Source: Spirochaetia bacterium (GTDB lineage: Bacteria; Spirochaetota; Spirochaetia; SZUA-6; Bin103). Taken from it: DNA of 64,000 bases. Below are positions 59,060-64,000 of the stretch, in pieces. The stretch lies in the NCBI GenBank assembly GCA_965203905.1, contig CBDBDQ010000005.1, positions 3,008,001 through 3,072,000 of the forward strand, in the 5' to 3' direction. The notes under the pieces are model-generated. The model saw nothing but the letters and a program-made list of their open reading frames with translations, did no database searches and was not told the origin of the DNA. Position 1 is the stretch's first letter, and each line of letters begins with the position of its first letter. A program made the translations under genes and the position numbers.

Positions 59060-60151
59060 GTGCACGATGTGGTCGTGAGCGCGCGCTACCGCGAGATCGA
59101 GGTGTACGGGACTCCGCACGAGATGGGGCTTCAGCTCGGCGAGGCGGCCGGAGAGGAGATCCGCGGCTTTGCCGCCATCGCCGTTGAGCGGGTCAACAAG
59201 ACCGCGTCGATCACCCGCGAGCAGGCGCTCGCCACCGCCAACGCGTGCATCCCGTACGTCGCCGACTACGCGCCGGACTTGCTGGCCGAGTTGCGCGGCA
59301 TGGCCGCGTCGAGCGGCGTGTCGCTGGACGAGTTGATGCTCCTGCAGGTCCGCAATCAGTTGCGCAGCCGCAAAGATGCCGGCCGAGCGGACGGCGACGG
59401 CGGCTGCACGGCACTGGCGGTGCGCCGGCCGGCGCTGGTGGCCCAGAACTGGGACAACGATCCGGCGCTCGATCCGTTCAACGTCGTGGTGACGCGCCGG
59501 CCGCACAAGGCCCCGGCGACGCTGACGGTTGGCCAGGCCGGCCTGATCGGGTACATCGGCTGCAGCGACCGCGGTATCGGCGTGTGCCTGAACGCGCTGC
59601 CGGCGCCGGCCCGCGACGTGGGGGTGCCGCACTACTTCATCGTCCGCCGCGTGCTGGAAGCCGAGTCGCTGGATGCCGCGATCGAGGCGGTACGCAGCGC
59701 CTACCGCGCCATACCGGCCAACATGATCCTGACCACGCCGCAGGGACCGGCCGACTTCGAGATCCTGATCGACGACCTGCACGTGCTGCGGCCGGCAGAC
59801 GGCGCCGCCTGGATGACGCACACCAACCACTGTCTGCATCCGGCTCTGACCGGCGTCAACGAGCGATTTCCGGAGCTCATCGAGTCGGGCCCCCGCAAGC
59901 GCCGCATCGACGACCTGCTGGGACTGGCCGGGGACGGCATCGACGTCGCCGTAGCGCAGTCGGCGCTATGCGATCACCAGGACCAGCCACGATCGATCTG
60001 CCGACACGCCAACGATCATCCCCGGCACGGCTTCTGGACCAGCGTGCTGTCGGTGGTCATCGAGGCGGACATCGGCCGCATGCACGTCAGCCGCGGCAAT
60101 CCCTGCGCCAACCCCTACGAGGAGTACCGGCTGGCTGGTGGAGACCCGTAG
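59060..60151 (+). CDS. Peptidase C45 / acyl-CoA:6-APA acyltransferase-like Ntn hydrolase (start uncertain)
   Basis: GTPHEMGLQLG, ELRGMA, GG/CTAL nucleophile, AQNWD, HTNH. Confidence 0.85.
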   Translation: MHDVVVSARYREIEVYGTPHEMGLQLGEAAGEEIRGFAAIAVERVNKTASITREQALATANACIPYVADYAPDLLAELRGMAASSGVSLDELMLLQVRNQLRSRKDAGRADGDGGCTALAVRRPALVAQNWDNDPALDPFNVVVTRRPHKAPATLTVGQAGLIGYIGCSDRGIGVCLNALPAPARDVGVPHYFIVRRVLEAESLDAAIEAVRSAYRAIPANMILTTPQGPADFEILIDDLHVLRPADGAAWMTHTNHCLHPALTGVNERFPELIESGPRKRRIDDLLGLAGDGIDVAVAQSALCDHQDQPRSICRHANDHPRHGFWTSVLSVVIEADIGRMHVSRGNPCANPYEEYRLAGGDP

Positions 60152-60157
60152 CGAGCC

Positions 60158-60197
60158 TTGTACCCCTGAGAACTATGTGCTACGTTTTGTCGCGACA
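60158..60197 (+). promoter_or_regulatory. TA operon promoter (TTGTAC-17-TACGTT) with palindromic operator TGTCGCGACA
   Basis: -35 at 60158-60163, extended -10 TGcTACGTT, perfect 10-bp palindrome 60188-60197. Confidence 0.55.
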
Positions 60198-60214
60198 GGA
60201 TTGTAGAGAGGCGG

Positions 60215-60550
60215 GTGATGCGGGACGTTTCGGTATTTTCGGTGCGTGACTTGCGGGTGAACTCGAGTACGCTGGTGCGCGAGGCCGAGGCTGGGCAGGT
60301 CTCCATCATCACCAAGCGGGGCAAGCCGGCGGTGCTGGCGTTGCCATTCGGGAGCCGGCTCCTGGAGGTGGGCCTCGACAAGGATCTTGCACTCTCCCTG
60401 TTCGAACGCCGGCTGATCACCATGGCGAAGGCAGCGAAGCTCGCCGGCGTCACCCAGGACGCATTCATGGATCTGCTCGCCGAGAGCGGACTGGTTGCTG
60501 TCGATTATCCTGCCGAGGAGTTGGCGGACGAACTGCGCGTCGAGATTTGA
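60215..60550 (+). CDS. Antitoxin: Phd/YefM N-domain fused to UPF0175 HTH
   Basis: FSVRDLR...IITKRGKP followed by LFERRLITMAKAAKLAGVT...F..LL...G. Confidence 0.8.
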   Translation: MMRDVSVFSVRDLRVNSSTLVREAEAGQVSIITKRGKPAVLALPFGSRLLEVGLDKDLALSLFERRLITMAKAAKLAGVTQDAFMDLLAESGLVAVDYPAEELADELRVEI

Positions 60551-61038
60551 TCTCGCTGGTCGTGTCCGATGCCGGTCCGTTGATCGCACTGTCGCGGATC
60601 GGGCGGCTGTCGCTGCTGCCGGGTCTGTTTGAAACCGTGTCCGTTCCGGGCATCGTGGTGCGCGAGCTGCGACTGGACGAGCCGCGCGCGGGAGTGGCTC
60701 CACTGGCAGCGGCAATGCGGGAGCAGACTTGGCTACGCTCGATGGACCTGCCGGACGAACGCTCGATTCCCGGCCTCGACGCCGGCGAGTCCGCGGCGAT
60801 CCGTCTTGCCGGCCTCCTGAATTGCACGTTGCTGATCGATGAGCGCCGAGGACGCAGAATCGCGCGGCACCGAGGCATACCGGTTATCGGCATTGGCCGA
60901 GTTCTCGTTGCGGCGAAGGAGAGCGGGCGCCTCGAGTCGGTAGCGGCTGCCCTTACCGAACTGAGAGGATCCGGTTACCGGTTATCGGACCGTATCTGCG
61001 CGCAACTGCTCACGATCGCCGGCGAACGACAGCCATAG
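60547..61038 (+). CDS. DUF3368-containing PIN-domain toxin
   Basis: VVSDAGPLIAL, LDAGESAAI, LLIDERRGR..A; TTGA overlap with antitoxin. Confidence 0.85.
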   Translation: MISLVVSDAGPLIALSRIGRLSLLPGLFETVSVPGIVVRELRLDEPRAGVAPLAAAMREQTWLRSMDLPDERSIPGLDAGESAAIRLAGLLNCTLLIDERRGRRIARHRGIPVIGIGRVLVAAKESGRLESVAAALTELRGSGYRLSDRICAQLLTIAGERQP

Positions 61039-61121
61039 AAGCCAGGTTGCCGCCCGTGGCTGTACTGCCTCGCCGGGCCGCGCTACCGCCAACGCGTGCG
61101 ACATGGAAGAAACGAGCCGCG

Positions 61122-62702
61122 TCACCACGGCGCCACCGGCTCCATGTCCCAGGCTTCCACGACGGACGCCCGCGCGGCGCCGCCGGCCGCGAACAGCCGC
61201 ACCCCGATGCTGTCGGCGCGGGTCGGGTAGACCCGCTGGGTGAGGCTCTGGCGGCCGTTGGCGAACACCTCGATCACCGACCGGTCGATGAATACCCGCA
61301 GCTCCAGTAATTCCCCCGTCGCAAGGCGGAAGGGGGCCGCCTGCACCATGCCGGCGGTGGGGAACGCCTCCTCGCGGTCCGAATCGTAGTACCCGTATTG
61401 CAGGTCATCCGCCAGGCTGGAGCGGCGGAAGTCGACTTGCAGCTTGCGCTCCCCCGGCAGGCAGGAGATCACGGTCTGCTCGCTGCCGTCCGGTGAGCAC
61501 AGCACCTTCACCCCCACCTCGGTGGCGGCGCCGGGGTCGATCCGCAGGAACAGCTCGATGGTGTTGCCCGAGATGCCCTCAAGCATCACCCTCTCGCCCG
61601 CGGGCACGCGTATGTCCGTCTGCCGGCGCGGGTTGAGGCGCAACGCCTCCAGCTCCGGCGCCGGAGCGATGGCGAGCGTGCCGTCGGCCGCCAGCGACAG
61701 CACCCGCGGCAGGCTCACCACGGAGGCCCAGGCGAGCAGGTTGCGCTCTTCCGGCCTCGCCTTCGTTCCGCGTTCGTAGCCGAACAGGGCTGCGGCGCCG
61801 GGACGGAAGTCGGCCATCCAGCCGAACATGATGTTGCGGCCGCGGTCGTCGATCAGCGATTCGGGCGCCGAGAGCTGGCCGCTCATCCAGCTCATCCGCC
61901 CGTGGAGTTGCGGCACGAAGCGGCGGTCCCGGTAGCTGCCCAGGTAGTAGTGAGTGGTGTTGCCGTAGGGGCGGTGGCAGTGCATCAGGAGCATGTGGCG
62001 GTCCCCGATCGGGAAGAAGTCGGGGCAGGCCGCGTCCTCCGCCTCCAGTGTCCACTCGCGGCGCGACCGGTAGAAGGGGCCCTGGTACTCCCAGTGGATC
62101 AGGTCGGGCGAGGTGAACAGGCTGGTGCAGTCGCCCTCGTAGCCGGGGCGGCGGTTCTTGTTGCCGATCAGCGCACAGTAGGTCCCCTGCTCGTACCAGC
62201 CGGCGGGGTCGAACACGACGTACTCGTCGTCCTCGCGGTGCAGCGGGATGACCGGGTTCTGCGGCAGCTCCCGCCACTCGATCAGGTCGCCGTCCTCGGC
62301 CACGGCGATGCAGGTGCCCTGTCCGGGCACGTGATAGATCAGGGTCGGGCGAGGGGCGTTCTTGATCGCCCCGCCGCTGTAGATGCCGCGTGGCGTCGAC
62401 CCGTCCGGCTTCGGCCTGACGGCCGGCGGGTGCTGGATCCAGTGCACCAGGTCACGGCTGGAAACGTGGTCCCACACGGCGACCCAGAGCTCCTCGCCGG
62501 GACGCCGGGGATACGGGATCGGCTCCCGCGCCAGGTAGAACAGGTGGTAGCGGCCGTTCCAGAACAGCGCCCCGTTGGGATCGTTGAAGAATCCTTCGGG
62601 AGGAACGAGGTGATAGCGCGGCCGGTGCGGATCCTGCCAGATCAGCTCCCGGATCCGGCGGGCGCTGCGAATCAGTTCCTGAACATCCCCAGGGCTACTC
62701 AC
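61122..62702 (-). CDS. GH32-like five-bladed beta-propeller glycoside hydrolase (non-canonical catalytic motifs)
   Basis: RPRYH, FNDPNG, WDHVSSRDLVHW, YSGGA, FDP, ACPD, SLPR, FIDRSVIEVFANG. Confidence 0.85.
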   Translation of the reverse strand: MSSPGDVQELIRSARRIRELIWQDPHRPRYHLVPPEGFFNDPNGALFWNGRYHLFYLAREPIPYPRRPGEELWVAVWDHVSSRDLVHWIQHPPAVRPKPDGSTPRGIYSGGAIKNAPRPTLIYHVPGQGTCIAVAEDGDLIEWRELPQNPVIPLHREDDEYVVFDPAGWYEQGTYCALIGNKNRRPGYEGDCTSLFTSPDLIHWEYQGPFYRSRREWTLEAEDAACPDFFPIGDRHMLLMHCHRPYGNTTHYYLGSYRDRRFVPQLHGRMSWMSGQLSAPESLIDDRGRNIMFGWMADFRPGAAALFGYERGTKARPEERNLLAWASVVSLPRVLSLAADGTLAIAPAPELEALRLNPRRQTDIRVPAGERVMLEGISGNTIELFLRIDPGAATEVGVKVLCSPDGSEQTVISCLPGERKLQVDFRRSSLADDLQYGYYDSDREEAFPTAGMVQAAPFRLATGELLELRVFIDRSVIEVFANGRQSLTQRVYPTRADSIGVRLFAAGGAARASVVEAWDMEPVAPW

Positions 62703-63168
62703 TCGAAGCGCGCTTCAGCTCGGCCACATCGGCTTTCAACTCAGCTACCTCCGCCTGCAGCGTGCGCAGGTCGGTGGCAAAGGCGGAGCGTTCGAACCCC
62801 ACCAGTACCCCCGCCACGACTCGCGAAGGCAGCTCGGTGTGCAGCTCCCGCGTCTCGCGCCCCAGCGTCTCTACTTCGCCAGTCAACCCATCCAGGCGGC
62901 CGTCAACACGGTCCAGGCGGCGACCTTGCTCGGCCACCTCGTCGCTCAGCCCATCCAGGCGGCCGTCAACACGGTCCAGGCGGCGACCTTGCTCGGCCAC
63001 CTCGTCGCTCAGCCCATCCAGGCGGCCGTCAACACGGTCCAGGCGGCCGTCGATACGGCCCAGGCGCCCGCGCACGTCGCCCAGGCCGATCCGTACCTCT
63101 CCCACCTCGCCGCGTAGCTCGTTTACCGCACCGAGCACGTCCCGTAGCGTCGGCTCGCTTTCACTCAT
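62695..63168 (-). CDS. Small coiled-coil tandem-repeat protein (157 aa)
   Basis: MSESEPTLRDVL...(RLDRVDGRLDGLSDEVAEQGR)n; heptad pattern; 3' end overlaps GH32 start. Confidence 0.65.
   Translation of the reverse strand: MSESEPTLRDVLGAVNELRGEVGEVRIGLGDVRGRLGRIDGRLDRVDGRLDGLSDEVAEQGRRLDRVDGRLDGLSDEVAEQGRRLDRVDGRLDGLTGEVETLGRETRELHTELPSRVVAGVLVGFERSAFATDLRTLQAEVAELKADVAELKRASSE
62887..63047. repeat. Perfect 63-bp tandem repeat, about 2.5 copies
   Basis: Unit CCCATCCAGGCGGCCGTCAACACGGTCCAGGCGGCGACCTTGCTCGGCCACCTCGTCGCTCAG starting at 62887, 62950, 63013. Confidence 0.9.
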
Positions 63169-63239
63169 ACCCCTAACTCTACCATACCGCCGGGAGGAAC
63201 GGGCCACCCGTGCGCTCGTTGCCGGTGGGTGCAGTGCGC

Positions 63240-64000
63240 TCAGCGGAACGCGTCGAGGCGGGTGCGCAGGCGCTCCAGGTCGGCGGCGTAGACGGGATCG
63301 TCGACCAGGTTGCGGTTCTCTTCGGGATCGGCGTCCAGATCGAAGAGCTGCTCCGGCCAGTCCCGGCCGTGGAAGCGGAAGTACTTCAGGTGGTCCTGCT
63401 TCACCATCTCGGAGGGTCCGTTGAGCTCGTGGTAGAGCTCGCAGTAGACCTCGTTGGGCCAGTCGGCCGCGTCGCCCTGCATCAGCGGCAGCAGGGAGCG
63501 CCCGTCCAGGCCGGGCGGGACCGGGATGTCCGCCAGGTCGCACAGGGTCGGAAACAGGTCGACCAGGGAGACGTTGTGGCGCACGGTCTGTCCTCCGCCG
63601 GCATTGCTCCCCGGCGCCGTGATGCTGAACGGCACCCGCGCCGAGGCCTCGAAGAACTGCTGCTTTTCCCACAGCCCCTTCTGCCCCAGCATCTCGCCGT
63701 GGTCGCTGAGGAACGCGATCACGAAATCGTCGAGCACATTGAGCTCCTCCAGCTTGGCGATTACCCGCCCGTACTGGCGGTCCACCAACTCGATCATGCC
63801 GTAGTAGGCGGCGGTGGCGCGGTGCGCCTCGCGCCAGGTCACGTCGGTGCCCACCCGCACCTTGAAGAAGTCGGCGCAGTCGAACTGCTCGGCCAGCTCC
63901 TCGACGTAGGGCTCGACGCGGCGCAGGTAGTAGCTGAACAGATCCTCCGGACACTGGTAGGGGTAGTGGGGGCTGTTCAGGCTCACCGCCAGCATCAAGG
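63240..64000 (-). CDS. Sulfatase (choline-sulfatase-like), 5' truncated by window edge
   Basis: PHYPY, AYYGMI..VD, SDHGEMLG.KGLWEKQQFFEASARVP, VSLVDLFPTL, LFDLDADPEE..NL. Confidence 0.9.
   Translation of the reverse strand, partial: LMLAVSLNSPHYPYQCPEDLFSYYLRRVEPYVEELAEQFDCADFFKVRVGTDVTWREAHRATAAYYGMIELVDRQYGRVIAKLEELNVLDDFVIAFLSDHGEMLGQKGLWEKQQFFEASARVPFSITAPGSNAGGGQTVRHNVSLVDLFPTLCDLADIPVPPGLDGRSLLPLMQGDAADWPNEVYCELYHELNGPSEMVKQDHLKYFRFHGRDWPEQLFDLDADPEENRNLVDDPVYAADLERLRTRLDAFR

Noticed and set aside
62887-63047. 63-bp repeats as a CRISPR array
   Set aside because: Head-to-tail identical units without unique spacers, in-frame within a CDS, and no cas genes

Overview
High-GC bacterial chromosome segment. 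The non-lipoprotein 'A-x-A-(G/A)-G/A-x-E' N-termini of its many solute-binding proteins suggest a Spirochaetota/Spirochaetaceae-like genome (inference only). The window is a mosaic of catabolic and uptake modules: (i) a riboswitch-controlled corrinoid salvage operon btuC-btuF-btuD-cobT-cobS-cbiB-cobD-cobC-cobU plus a convergent cobQ; (ii) a D-apiose transketolase-route cluster aptA-aptB-apsI-aplK with a divergent DeoR / nucleoside-hydrolase-fold / histidine phosphatase / PhyH run; (iii) four carbohydrate ABC importers without ATPases and one peptide-type ABC importer with tandem duplicated binding proteins, most in visibly lower-GC blocks; (iv) four PhyH-family dioxygenases, a MocD-like desaturase, and BNR/sialidase-like, GH32-like, CehA/McbA-like, C45 and sulfatase hydrolases; (v) toxin-antitoxin and defence debris: a doubly frameshifted Rpn/YhgA nuclease with an intact internal RpnS antitoxin start, a frameshifted VapC, two HicB-like remnants and an intact Phd-UPF0175/DUF3368 pair. 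It also holds a CTAG-flanked palindromic MITE-like element, two probable CTG start codons and several leaderless-type promoters. No rRNA, tRNA or CRISPR array was seen. All family calls come from motif recognition, not database searches.
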